DNA of 64,000 nucleotides, taken from the NCBI RefSeq assembly GCF_009914755.1, contig NC_060928.1; one strand, given 5' to 3'. Source of the DNA: the human T2T-CHM13v2.0 reference genome, Homo sapiens. The position numbers and the translations under genes are program-made. Of this stretch, positions 40,584-53,107 are shown in pieces; position 1 is the first letter of the stretch, and every line of letters starts with the position of its first letter. The notes under the pieces were generated by a model. That model saw nothing but the letters and a program-made list of their open reading frames with translations, had not been told where the DNA came from and searched no databases.

Positions 40584-42847
40584 GTCTCTGGTATCTTTTA
40601 CTCCACCCTCTATATTCATGAGATGAACTTTCTTCACTCTTACATATAATAAGAATATTAAATATTTTTCTTTCTGTTTCTGGTTGATTTCACTCAACAC
40701 AATAACCTCCAATTGTATACATGCTGCTGCAAATGACAGAATTTGCTTGTTTTATTATGGCTAAATAGCATTCCATTTTGTATATATACCACATTTTCCT
40801 TATTAATTTATCTATTGCAGGGCACTTAGGTTCATTTTACATATTTGCTATTGTGAATAGTGCTGTAATAAACATAAAATTGCAAGTAACCCTTTGATAT
40901 ACTGATTTCCTTTCCTTTGGATAAATAACCAGTAGTGAGATTGCTGGATCATATTGTTCTATTTTTGGTTCTTTAAAAAAATCTCCATCCTGTTTTCCAC
41001 AGTGGCTGTGCCAATTTACATTTCTATCAATAGTGTATACAAGTTCCTTTTTCTCTGTATCCTCTCCAGCATCCTTTATTTTTTGTCTTTTTAGTATCAG
41101 CCATTAGAAAACAGACATTCTAAGTGGAGTAAGATGATACATAATTGTGGTTTTGGTCTGCATTTTCTTGATGATTAATACTTTTGAGCATTTTGTATAT
41201 ACTTCTTGACAATTTATATATATTCTTTTGAGAAATGTCTATTTATATCCTTTGCCCACTTTTTGTGGAATTATTTGGTTTTTTTTCATTGTTGAGTTGT
41301 TCAAGTTCCTTGTATAGTCTAGATTTAGTCCCTTGTTGGATGAATAATTTTTGATTCTAGAGAAATACTAAAATTGTTTTTTTCAATTTCTGGGAAAAAA
41401 GATGTTGGTGTTTAGAAAGGCATTGCATCAAATTTTTAGATTGCTTTGGATAGTATTTTTCTTTTAACAATATTGATTTTTCCAGTCCATAAGCATGAGA
41501 TGCCTTTCCATTTGTTTGTGTGTTCTTCAAATTTTTTCATCAGCATTATGTAGTTTTGCTTTTGTAGAGGTCTTTTATCACCTTGATTCAATTTATTTCT
41601 CATTTTTTGTAGCTATTGTAAATGTCTTCTTGATTTATTCTTAGCTGGCTGATTATCTTCTTGATTTCTTTCTCAGGTAGTTCATTAATGGTGTGTAGAA
41701 ATGATACTGATTTTTATATATAGGTCTTGTATCCTGCAACTTTACTATATTTATTCATCATATTGAGCTATTTTGGTGAAGTCTTTAGGTTTTCCTAGGT
41801 AGAAGATCATGTTGTCTCTAGAGAGGGGGTAATTTGACTTCCTCTTTTCCAGTTTGGATTCCTTTTATTTCTTTTTCTTGCCTGATTGCTCTGGCTAGAA
41901 TTTCCAGTACTTTGTTGACTAGGAGCAGTAGATGTGTGCACCCTTGTTGTACTCCAATTCTTAAAGGAAAGGCTTTCAACTTTTCCTCACTCTGTATAAG
42001 GTTAGCTGTGGGTTGTCATATATGGCCTTTATTAGTTTCCTTTTATGCCTAGTTTGTTGAGAGTTTTTATTATGAAAGGATGCTGAATTTCATCAAATGC
42101 TTTTTCTGTGTCTACTAAGATGACCATGTGGGTTTTGTCCTTCATTCTGTTTATGTGATATACCACATTTATTAATTTACATATGTTGAATCAGCCTTGC
42201 ATACCTGGTATAAATATCAAGTATGATGATGGCTGTTTTTGGTCTGATGTTGGATTTTGTTTGCTACTATTTTGTTGAGAATTTTTGTGTCTATGTTCAT
42301 CAGGGATAGTGACCTGCAGTTTTCTTTGTTGTTACACCTTGTCTGGTCTTAGCATCATGGTAATGCTGGCCTCATAGAATGAGTATGGTGAATTGCCCCT
42401 CTTTAATTTACTGAAATAGTTTGAGGTGAATTGGTATTAGTTGTTTTTTTGCACTTGGTAGAATTAGGAGTGAAGTCATCGAACCTGGGCTTTTCTTTGT
42501 TAGGAGACTTTTAATTACTATTTCAATCTCATTATTCATTATTGTTCTGCTCAGGTTTTGTATTTCTTCCTGATTCAATCTTAGTAGTTTGTATGTGTCC
42601 AGTAATTCATCCATTTCCTTTAGATTTTGCAGTTTGCTAGTGCATAGTTGTTCAAAATAGTCTCATAATCTTTTGTGTTTCTGTTGTTGTAATGTCTCCT
42701 TGGTCAATTCTAAGTTTGCTTCTTTGGGTCTTCTCTCTTTTCTTGTTAGTTAGTCTAGCTAGTGGCCTATCAATTTTGTCTATCTTTTCAAAAAAAAAAC
42801 ACCAAATTTCATTTTATTGATTTTTTTTTTTGTTTTTGTAGTCTCTG

Positions 42848-43203
42848 TGATATGATTTTGCTGTGTCCCCACCCAAATCTCACCTTGAATTGTAATAATC
42901 CCCATGTATCAAGGGTGGGGCCAGGTGGACATAATTGAATCATGGAGGCAGTTTCCCCCATACTGTTCTCGTGGTAGTGAATAAGTCTCACGAGGTCTGA
43001 TGGTTTTATAAATGGGAGTTCCCCTGCACAAACTCACTTGCCTGCCGCCCTATATGATGTGACTCTGCTTCTCCTTTGCTTTCCTTCATGATTATGAGGT
43101 CTCCCCAGCTGTGTAGAACTGTGAGTCCATTAAATCTTTTTACTTTATAAATTACCCAGTCTAGGGTATGTCTTTATTATCAATGTGAGAACAGACTAAT
43201 GCA
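42848..43203 (+). mobile_element. THE1C-like solo LTR inside L1
   Basis: tgatatg...ccccacccaaatctcaccttgaattgtaataatcccc...gaacagactaatgca. Confidence 0.9.
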
Positions 43204-44182
43204 CTTTATATCATTTAGTTCTGCTCTGATTTTATTATTTCTTTCCTTCTACTAGTTTTGGTTTTGGTTTGTTTTGTTTTTGCATTTCTTGTTCTTGAGA
43301 TACATTGTCAGATTTTTTATTTGAAATCTCTTTGCTTTTTTGATGGGGTTGTTTATTCCTATAAACTTTCCTCTTAACACTGCTTTCACTGTATCCTGTA
43401 AGTTTCAGTGTGCTGTGTTTTGATTTTCATTTGTTTAAAAAAAATTTCATTTCTGTTTTAATTTCTTTATTGATTCAGTGATCACTCAGGAACATATTGT
43501 TTAATTTCCATGTATTTTTACAGTTTGCAAAGTTCTTCTCAGTATTGATTTCTAGTTTTATTCCATTGCTGTTCAAGAAAATACTTGATATGATTTTGAT
43601 TTTTTAAAAATTTGTTGAGATTTGTTTTGTAGCCTAAGGTATGGTCTATCCTGGAGGATATTTCATCTGCAGATGAGAAGAAGGTATATTCTGCAGTTAT
43701 TGGATGAAATGTTCTGTATATGTCTGTTGGATCCATTTGGCCTAAATCCAGTTTAAATCAAATGTTTCTTTGTTGATATTCTTTCTAGATGATATGTCTA
43801 ATGCTGCAAGGTGTTAAAGTCTCCCATATGATTTATTTTTGGTTGTGAACAGTGTCAGTGGTGTCATGATTTCCTCATAGGCTTGGATATGGTTGTTAGT
43901 GGAGTCTCTGGTAAGGCTTTCCTGGACTTAGGGATGCCAGGTGGGCCATTTCTCAAGCCCCAGTGATGACAGTGGTGGGCCAAATGTACCTCTCTTTGGG
44001 ACCCCAGGTAGTGTATGCAGGCTCCTGTATTAGTGGATTCAGGGAGGTTAATTCTTAGGATCCCAGATGGCCAGAGTGACCATGGTCAGTTGGATAGGTG
44101 GGCAGGTTCTTGGGCCCCTGGGCACGGGCGATGGTAGTAGCTGTGGTTAAACAACCTTCTAGGTCACAGGCAGCACTCGCTA

Positions 44183-44434
44183 ATGATAGCTGTGGCTATG
44201 ATGGGCTTGGTGAGCCAGTTCCCAGGTGCTCAGGTGGCATATGCTATTGGTTGCCAGCAGTGGTGTTGGCAGCAACCTGAGGGGTCCCATCTTCAGGTCT
44301 CTGGGAGAATGATAGCTGTAGCTATGAATGGCTTGGTGAGCCAGTCTCCAGGTACTCAGGTGGCACATTCTATTGGGTGCCAGCAGTGGTGTTGGCAGCA
44401 AGCTGAGTGGTCACATCTTCAGATCGCTGGGAGA
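44183..44434. repeat. 126-bp tandem duplication within the L1 5' region
   Basis: Units 44183-44308 and 44309-44434, both atgatagctgt...ctgggaga. Confidence 0.9.
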
Positions 44435-45027
44435 TGCTAGTGGTGCTACGCTGGGTAGGCTGTTCCCTACTCTCCTGGGTGGCATTCTTGAGCCTTGGTG
44501 GGGGATTTGTGCCAAGCCAGGTGGACCTATGCTTAGGCTGCCCAGTGGTGCAAATAAGCATAGGCTGTAGTAGGTAGGATAGGGAAATACATAGTAATGT
44601 GTATGAGAGCCTGACCTCAGGGTGCCTGCAATTGTGCAGTGGATCTGCTGTTTGGAAAGGTAGGATTGCTGTCAGAGGGAGCAGGCCCAGGTAGGTAGAT
44701 GACTTCTAGGTCCCAGGGAGCAAGTACTTTGGACCTCAGCAGGAGTAGCCATAGCAGTGTGAAGGGAGAGACTGTTCTCGGGGTGAATGCAGGGGCACAG
44801 GGCCCTGCTGCTGGTGAAGGCAGAGTTGCTGTCAGCCTTCACAAGCAGGCAACCCTCAGTCTCTGGAGAGCACAGGCTGTGATTCCCTTTGTTCTCGGGG
44901 AAGCTACCACAGCATGATGCACCACCCTTTCCCCAGGCATAAGACTCTGTGTGGGTTACAATGCTGGGGACCCTGCCACGCTGTCTGATCTAGCTGACAT
45001 TGACCCAATGCAATTCTCTAGGTACAT

Positions 45028-45150
45028 CCACATTATTTTTCAAACATGGGCTGGTGGAAGAAGAGGTTGTGAGCTAATACAGTCTCTTAGAGAAAGATGG
45101 TGATAAAGTCATAATAAATGTTCAGAATTAAACCATGAAATAAACAAATA
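45028..45150 (+). pseudogene. MTBD/CC2 exon fragment right of the L1 insertion
   Basis: HIIFQTWAGGRRGCELIQSLRERW** (cf. LCxWVxA). Confidence 0.5.
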
Positions 45151-45517
45151 TGGGGGGGGGGGGCACAGGCATGTGATTATTTTGGTTTCTGTCTTCCTAA
45201 GACTTAGTTTCTTAGCTGTACTCTCTGTTTTGTTTGCTATCCCAGATTTCCACCAACAGATCTACCATTTAGCTTAGGCTAGTTTAATTAGATATCAGAC
45301 ACTTGCAAACAAATGTCTTGAGTTGTAGCCAAATTCATAAGATTCCATTATGTGTCCTTCTTTTCAACTAGTCTTTCAAAGGCCATGTTTTGTCTTATGT
45401 CATCCCACAGCTATTAGGTCTGACTATTTTAGCTTCACTTTCTGCCACATGAATCTCTGTTTTTCCTCACTCTGATGTTTTGGATGACATTTATCTTTTT
45501 TTTCTTCTAAATCTCAG

Positions 45518-45563
45518 GTTAAATTTTGGAAAATGAAAAAAAGGAAAGTTAATAGATTTGAAG
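45518..45563 (+). pseudogene. Pseudo-exon with strong splice sites (probable stalk CC2)
   Basis: Long pyrimidine tract + ctcag|46 nt|gtgagt; coiled-coil-like ILENEK/KLIDLK with a frameshift in an A run. Confidence 0.55.
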
Positions 45564-45810
45564 GTGAGTGAGCATCAACAGCAGTAAAATTCTGTTAAAT
45601 TATATGCTATTTCTAAAAAAATGTAGAACCCCATAGAAGGCAAAAGAAAAAAAAATGAAAGGATAGAAAATGTATTTTGAAAGTGAACACATTTAAAATT
45701 TGATCTGAATTTGAAATTCTTCAGTTATTAGCTGGAATTGGACCAATTTCTTATCATCTCTGAGCTTCAGTTTCACCAGAATATAATAAAGATTGAGTTA
45801 AGACATTAAG

Positions 45811-46154
45811 TGTATTAGTTCATTTTCACAATACTGATAAAGACATACCCTAGACTGGGCAATTTATACAGGAAAGAGGTTTAACGGAGTTATAGTTCCA
45901 CATGGCTGGGGAGGCCTCGCAATCATGGCATAAGGTGAAAGGCTCATCTCACAGGGTGGCAGACAAGAGAAGAGAGCTTGTGCATGGAACCCCCCGCTTA
46001 TATAACTATTAGATCTTGTGAGACTTATTCACTATTATGAGAACAGCACGGAAAACACCTGCCCCCATGATTCAGTTACCTCCCACCAGGTCCCTCCCAC
46101 AACACGTGGGAATTCAAGATGAGATTTGGGTGGGGACACAGACAAACTGTATCA
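45811..46154 (-). mobile_element. THE1B-like solo LTR
   Basis: tgtattagt...ctgataaagacatacc...gagatttgggtggggacacag...atca; TSD ttaag/ctaag. Confidence 0.9.
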
Positions 46155-46519
46155 CTAAGATACTACGTAAACTGTGTAATAATTCCTGAAACATAATATA
46201 CACTCTCAGCAATTTATGAACTTTATATTTGGGAGATTTAAGTAATCTATGCAAAATGCTAAATTGTGTCCTTTCTCATGATGTTAATGAATTAGCATAT
46301 TTGCCTTTTTTTTGAGTAAATTTTGAATGTATCATCACAAAAAAATTAGTGAGGTGATAGATATGTATTGATTGATTTACTCACTCCACTTATATATGGA
46401 TAAACATCTAAACATCACATTGTACACCATAAACATATATAAGTATTCTTTGTCAATTAAAACAATATTAACATAAAAGATTTGCCTTTTAATTGTTTCT
46501 CCAAAACTTTTTCTAATTT

Positions 46520-46809
46520 TTTATTTTATTTTTCTTGGAGACAGAGTCTCACTTTGTCACCCAGGCTGGAGTACAGTGGCCTGATGAATCCCAGGTTCAA
46601 GTGATTTTCATGCCTCAGCTATCGGAGTAGCTGGGATTGCAGGCGTGCACCACTACCTCCCTCACCCCTCGGCTAACTTTTGTATTTTTAGTAGAGACTG
46701 GATTTCACCATGTTGGCCAGGCTTGTCTCAAACTCCTGAGCTCAAGTGATCCACCTGCCTCGGCTTCCCAAAGTGGTTGGATTACAGGCATGAGCCATGG
46801 TGCCCAGCC
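46520..46809 (-). mobile_element. Alu (J or old S) with small internal deletion
   Basis: Dimeric Alu; flanking direct repeat tttttctaattt. Confidence 0.88.
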
Positions 46810-46926
46810 ATTTTTTCTAATTTCAAATATTAAAACATACATATTAGATATATATATATAAGCACACACATATATATATATGCCAACTTCCCAGATAATT
46901 CTACTCATCCTTTATACTTTCTGCAA

Positions 46927-48097
46927 ATATCGAATCTCTAATATTACCTCGTTTGTGCATTTTTACGGTGGTTTTTGCAATACTGCATGCTAACTAACAA
47001 TGATTGACAAGCAAGCTACGTATCTGAAGTAGGTATTTTGCCATTTCCAGAATGTGAGGGTTCCCTTCTTTTCCAATATCACATTTACCAGTTTGTTAAC
47101 CACTCAGGTGTTTATGCAGAGCACTATGCAGTTTTTCTTTTGGCTGGGTGTATCTCACTATCTCACTTGCCTCCGTGACTCATTCCACAGCACTGTAGTC
47201 CTGTTAATTCTTAAATTCTGTTCTATGTTTGTGGAGTCACACTGAATTTGCCAGAGGAATTTTGTTAAGGATGTTTCTATGGAGAGAAGAGTACCTCAGT
47301 TTCCTTCCCAGATGTGTACGGTATCTTTCAAAGGCCCTGACCGGGACTAGGATGCTAAGACTCTGACCAGGGAGCCGCTCTAGGCTGCCCTCTGGTGGGC
47401 AGACTGGAGCTAAGGACACTGAAAGAAGTCCAATCAGACTGAAACTGTATCACTTCAGCAAGCAGAGAAGAAAATTCAGGCATTCATGAGCTTACCATAG
47501 CCAGAGCCTGGTCTATAGATTTCGCTCAGCAAAGGTCCCAGGAAGCAGGCCTGAAAGCCACTGGAGGAGGGGGGCCGCATCTGAAATCTCATTTGCAGCT
47601 GTTACGGACCCTGTCATTCCCTTACCTGTCAATGGGCAGGTAAGAATAGGGAGTTTATTTGAATGAATTTCCAAGGCACTAGTAAGACAAAGAGATGATA
47701 AAAGTTTCCTTTAGAATACCTATAGTGATGACCAAAAAAATGCCTCACATCACCGTGAGCTGTAGAGGGGACAGAAAAAGATGTTACTACCGGAACATGA
47801 AACCCAGAATCAAAGTTCAAGTGAAAATTTACTGCAGGAGAAATAGAGTGCTTACAAGTAAACAGAAGTCGTCATCAGTTGCCAGTTCAAATTCCAAAAA
47901 AACACCTACTGTCAAATATCTAGTATCCATGAAGTTCATGAAAACAGTGTGATTCATATGGCATGGACTTTTGGTACCAAATATTTGAAGTCTTTATTTT
48001 GGAACTGAGTGGAGAGTAAATTCCATCTGAGTGTACTTTACAGCAACGACCACCAAGAGAATTCTGCATTCTTATCTAAACTTTGAGACATCAGAAA
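46927..48097 (+). pseudogene. Large pseudo-exon(s): end of stalk, AAA5 and buttress
   Basis: ITSFVHFYGGF (AAFxSYxGxF), NVRVPFFSNITFTSLLT, MFVESH...FVKD (LxIDPQxQAxxWIK), MNFQGT (INFxVT), SSSENLLQE (SxGNLLxD), KNTYCQIS...KYLKSLFW (RxxYxPVA...MYQYSLxWF); many stops and frameshifts. Confidence 0.75.
47384..47398 (-). promoter_or_regulatory. CTCF-like motif CCACCAGAGGGCAGC
   Basis: Close match to the CTCF core consensus; binding not shown. Confidence 0.4.
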
Positions 48098-48313
48098 GTA
48101 GTAGATAAATTATATTTGAAAATAACTAACTGCTAACTGAATTTTTAACTTGCATTTTTACAACATGAATGTAAAAATGCAAGTTTAAAAATTATGTACC
48201 TGATACATATCTAGATGTAGATGAAAAAAATCTGGCCTAGTTTAATTGTTATTATAGCCACTATTTCTATGATCAACTGTTAACTACAAACTTTCACCTA
48301 ATTTTCTTTTAAG

Positions 48314-48602
48314 AACATATATTATTTTTCATAGTTTATTTCCTAACATTCACATCAAAGAAGAGAAAACAATTATACATAGCATCAGGGAGTGATCAGA
48401 TATAATTTGTTCAACAATGGGACCTGGCTACCTGCCTGTAGAAGAGCAGATGGAATTCTACAAATGACTTTCACTGTAGGGTCCCTTGACACACATTATG
48501 AGCCAAATAAATAGTGTGACACCCAATCCAATGAGTATCCCTGAACACTACTGATGTACACTTTTATGAGGATACAAATTGCACACTGATGAGCAATACC
48601 TG
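48314..48602 (+). pseudogene. Pseudo-exon, AAA5 small domain/extension
   Basis: Phase 2 matching the previous exon; IFHSLFPN, GYLPVEEQMEFYK, TPNPMSIPEHY* (cf. PNPxxWLxxxxW). Confidence 0.6.
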
Positions 48603-48825
48603 GTATGTGGAAACCTCGTTTAGACCACTGGCCACTTAGACACCTGTGTCCTGAAAGCACAAATTACCTTGTAACTGCTATTGGAAAAGCTACTGCCTAC
48701 CTTTTAAGTAGAATTGATTCACAAAAGTACAAAACAGTCTCATTTCAAGTTATCTATCTGTGTACAATCTAAGAAGTTTAAATCCTAAGTGTTTTAGGAC
48801 AAAATCCTCATTTTTTTTATTTTAG

Positions 48826-49067
48826 CAATTTTAAATGCACAGACCATGTACTTTGCTAACTGTAAATCTAGGTAGGCATTGAGACGACTATTCAGGGTAT
48901 AGTTAGCACACAGTAGTTGATGACAAATCTAGATCTTCCTGTAGCGAGGACCTGATAAAAGTTTCAGGCTCTTGATTTTTGGAATTACCAGGAGAGGTTT
49001 ACTAATAAAGAATTGTAGCTCTGGGTAATTGTTAGAGCCTGGGATTGATGGTCATCAGGAAAGAGCG
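48826..49067 (+). pseudogene. Pseudo-exon, AAA6
   Basis: Strong acceptor; RPCTLLTVNLG (cf. TPLIFxLSxG) and LLIKNC at 48999-49016 (cf. WVLLQNCH). Confidence 0.55.
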
Positions 49068-49214
49068 TAAAGCTTGATAACAGTTGGTTAATTTGATTTG
49101 AAGAAGTTGTTGAAACAGCGTGCAAATGTTCTTAATAAACCCAAGTATAGAGCTAGAAATAACATTATATTGCTGTTTTTTTCTCCTAATTTATTTCTCA
49201 CATACTAATGACAG

Positions 49215-49309
49215 ATCATAACTAAAATATGATTTAGTGCAGTAGAAGAACATATAGTCAGGCTTTGTAGAGAAAATATTCACAGTTATATTACTAGATA
49301 TGCAGACAG
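49215..49309 (+). pseudogene. Pseudo-exon, AAA6
   Basis: gacag|95 nt|gtaaaa; IITKI*FSAVEEHIVRLCRENIHSY (cf. SxKxxxExPxGLxxNLxxxY). Confidence 0.5.
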
Positions 49310-49479
49310 GTAAAAATTCATGGAAAGATAGTTACTTCTCTGTTTCTCAATCTTAGACCCTAATACTTTCTCCCATCATTCATAACAGATTATTTATTTT
49401 TAATTCACAGAGAATACAAAACCCACGAGACTAGAACTTTCAAAATTTGCTACTGACACAAATCTAAAATATTTAAAAA

Positions 49480-49670
49480 ATATTTTAATTGTGGTAAAAT
49501 GCACATAAACACATTTGCCATCTTTCCCATTTTTAAGTGTATATTTTAGTAATGTTAGTATTTTTACATTATTGATAAAGCCTCACCACCATCCAACTCC
49601 AGAATCCTTTGCATTTCAGAAAACTGAAACTCAGTACCCATTGAACAGTAATTCCAGCAATATGTCCATA
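49480..49670 (-). mobile_element. L1M 3' end fragment
   Basis: ttgtggtaaaatgcacataa...aaactgaaactcagtacccattgaac. Confidence 0.7.
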
Positions 49671-50039
49671 ACTCATGATTTGCCTTTCCTTATATTTCAA
49701 TAGAAGAAAAGTTTTTGCTCCTGTCCCAGCCAATAACTTCACCAATTCTCTGTACCTCATTTCTTCTCACCTAAACAAAGGCACATTTTCTATAACTTTT
49801 CCATTTTTTTCTGCCCTACCTTCTCATTTTTAATTTTTTTTAATTATTTTGCATTGTCAAATTCTGTCTAACTCCATGCATAATGCTACTAATTAGCTAC
49901 CTTGGTCACCTAAAAATTTCTTCCATAGTCACCTTATGTATCACTCAACATTCTTCTTTCCCCTGTGACACATTTCCTAAATAGAATTCTTTTCACTTCA
50001 AATCTATTTTTTTCTCAACTCCAATTAGCTTCATACTTC

Positions 50040-51190
50040 ACTCCTATCAAACTTACCCCTCCTCATTCTATATAAACAATTTTCTTTAAGGTCAACAACA
50101 TCTACCTTTTGCTAAATTCAATGGTTAGTTCTCTTTCTTCTTCCTTCACTGCTCTGTGTCAGATGCTACAGTAAACCACACATTTTGCTCTATGAAATAT
50201 TTTTCTCTTTATGCATCTGCAATACCATACTCTTCCTGGTGCTTTATTAGATGCTTCTTCTTAATCTCATTGCTGGCTGTTTATTCCTTTCACAAACTCT
50301 TATTGTCAAAGTTCCCCAACTCTAACTTTTTTCATCAGTGATATTTTTATGTCTCAGATTATGTGCCTGCCACTGAATCCCAAATCTTTATGTTCAGTTC
50401 TAACCTCTTCTCTGGGCTCCAGTTTTATATTCAACTGTGCACTCACCAACTCCACCTTGATCCCAAAACGTAACAAATTCAAAGCAGACTTGATGATTCA
50501 TCCGCCACTGTTCAATTACTGTCCCTTAGTTTCCTTTATTTCCATTTATGGCACCATTAGCTACCCAGTGGCTTAGGCCATTAATTCAGAACTCATCTTG
50601 GAAACTTTCTTCCCCCTCACATCCCATATCCAATCCATCAGCAAATCCTCTGGTATCACCTCCAAAATGTGTTTTGGAACCTAGAGGTTTCCACCATTAC
50701 CACTGATAAAACCCTTGTCCAATTATCTGTAGATGGTGGTGATGATTGTTCAACATTGTGAATTTAATTGATGTCACTGCAATGTGTACTTAAAAATATT
50801 TAAAATGCAAAGTTTATGTTATACATCTCTTTCACCCGGACGATGGCATGATCTTCCCAACTTGCCTCCCTGGTTTGTTCTTGTCTTTCTATGATGCATT
50901 CTCTCTGTAGCAGCGAATTTAAACACTTTAAAATGTAAGTTAGATATGTCAGTCCCTGTTTCAGATATCTCAATAGTTTCTCATTGCTTTGAAAATAAAA
51001 TGGAAATTTCTTACCTGTTCTACAATGCCCTACATGTTCCTATCTTGGCCTAAATGTCCTACCTCATCTTTTACAACTCACATTCCACTCACTCTGTTCT
51101 ACTTGTACTGGCCCATTTGCCGGGTCGTGAATACACCAGGCTGGTTCCATGCTTGAGGCTTTAGCAGTCGCGGCTTCTGCTCTAAATATA
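50040..51190 (+). mobile_element. L2 fragment with a short L1 3' piece at ~50725-50830
   Basis: ttgctaaattcaatgg, cccatatccaatccatcagcaaatcct, aaaatgtaagttagat. Confidence 0.75.
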
Positions 51191-52001
51191 TTTATCTATC
51201 TCATAGAGTGTTTTCTTTTCAAAATCCCCTTTTAAAGATATTGAATTTTAACCTTTCTTTTTATTTTCAATACAACTTAGAACAACTTCTAAAATATTTA
51301 TTTTAGTCATGTCTCTCTTGTCAATTATTTCTCTGACTCAAATATAATCTAGGAAACTATAAAAATATTTTCTTTTGAAGATGGTCCCAATGGAAATTCA
51401 ATGTATTAGATGATATGGGTTCGTTAAACCTTCTTTATATTATCAGATCCAAATGCCAGTGCCTGATAGCTGTGTCTTCATATATCACTGACAGAACTAA
51501 GTGCTTTGTCACAAACTTACATATTTTTTTCCAAGCAGTACTTTGTGATTTCTAAAATACACAAGAGCTATTTTTATTTTTATGACAGATATTAGCTAAG
51601 TATTCATATTCCTTTTGATGTTCCATCATAAAAATTATAAAACATATAATTTAACTTAGTGGAATATCTTTATATCTTATATATAAAAGATACATCTTTA
51701 TAAGATATATATAAAAAGATATATCTTTACATCTTTTAGAAAACACAAAACAAAATCTGAGACAGTTTTTCTACCAGTAAAACCTAAATAATGTTTTTTC
51801 AGACCTACCAAAAATTGTAAATTGTTTCCTTTGTTAAAGTTTATTCCTCATGCAATAAAGAGAATATTAAAAAGTAATATATTTTAACAATTATAAACTA
51901 GTTTAAACACAAAATAAATGGAAGATGGGAATTATATATAAGTTTATATATATATATATTTGTTTATATTACATATATAAATATAATTTGTTTGTTTGTT
52001 T

Positions 52002-52094
52002 GCCAGGCTGGTCTCGAACTCCTGGTCTCAAGTGATCCGCCCACCTCAGCCCCACAAAGTGCTGGGATTACAGGTGTGAGCCACTGTGCCCAGC
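52002..52094 (-). mobile_element. Short Alu 5' fragment with microsatellite tail
   Basis: First ~90 nt of an Alu; flanking repeat tggaagatg at 51919-51927 and 52097-52105. Confidence 0.8.
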
Positions 52095-52672
52095 AGTGGA
52101 AGATGAGGTGTAAAATATCAAAATCCCAATGCACAATATAGTAGAAAATATATTAGTTACAAACTGAAAAAAATGGTTTTCAGAAACAATAAATTCTACT
52201 TATTTTTGGAACATTTATTTAGATTTAGTCATATTAAATGTAAACACTTTTTCTCATAGATAATTATTTCTTTAAATACTATTTCCTTAGCTAAGAAGAA
52301 TAAAAATAAACTGAAAGTAACATATTAACCACTCTATAATCTATTTTCAAGGGAGTAATAAAGACTTTGTAATCATTAAAAATAGAGAGAAATATTGAAC
52401 TCTACTGCATCTTATTAAGAAAAACACCTTGCATATATTAAGTAGGTCTAATCCTTTGACTCTTTGGTTGGTCATAATGTTTATATAAATTCTAGGAAAT
52501 GATTTCTGCATATTTATTCGCAGAATGAAAAGTTTAATTTCTTCATACCACCCTCCCCAGAAAAATTTAGAAAGGACAATGCAGTAACATAAGCCTGAAT
52601 TTTAACAGGTCTTTTTGGTAGTAAGTAGTGCACACAATTTTCATGTATAGCTGCTCCAGTTTGCTTTTCCAG

Positions 52673-52915
52673 ATTTCTAAGAGAATTTAGAGCTTCTTTG
52701 AAACCTGCAGTATGTTACTGCTGTGTAATATCTTGATTGATTTTCTGCTTAAATTGGGCATACGTGCAGTATGTTGACAATCAGAAAAAGCAAGGTGGGT
52801 GAATGTGATTCTCAGCACCTCCACACAAAACCCTGTGGAGTTCAGATGATACACCAAATTCAGGATCCTACTGGGCACACTTGGATTCATAGATTTAATT
52901 CTCCAGCACTGACAA
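52673..52915 (+). pseudogene. Pseudo-exon(s), AAA6 small/C-terminal domain
   Basis: ttttccag|; LIDFLLKLGIRA (cf. LxxWxxDLxxR) and WIHRFNSP at 52882-52905 (cf. WLxGFxNP). Confidence 0.6.
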
Positions 52916-53107
52916 AAAAAAAAAAAAGATTTTTTTCTCCATTTAGTGGTTGCTCTTACTGACCCATGAAGAAAGACCTACATTGATTTATATATTGTGT
53001 ACGTGTTAGGCACTAAATGTGTGGGGGCAATCAACACTTCAAGGACTTACTTTTTAAATTATATAAATTAGTCTTTCATTATTGAGGGCTTAAAAGACAA
53101 TAGGGAC

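Larger units (their letters stand above)
40110..45027 (-). mobile_element. L1MA-type element with 3' UTR, ORF2 parts, internal deletions and 5' repeat region
   Basis: Antisense ORF2 relics (MDPTDIYRTFHP, RLNQEEIQNLSR); 13-bp TSD ccaca(c/t)tattttt at 40097-40109 and 45028-45040. Confidence 0.9.

Noticed and set aside
45152-45163. G12 run as a G-quadruplex element
   Set aside because: Isolated homopolymer with no other support.
47400-47645. First exon/promoter ending at CAG|gtaaga (47640)
   Set aside because: No CpG island, and dynein-like motifs continue on both sides of the site; use as a cryptic donor is not excluded.
51660-51740. AT-rich quasi-palindrome
   Set aside because: Low-complexity TA/GATA-rich tract with no evidence of a structured RNA or MITE.
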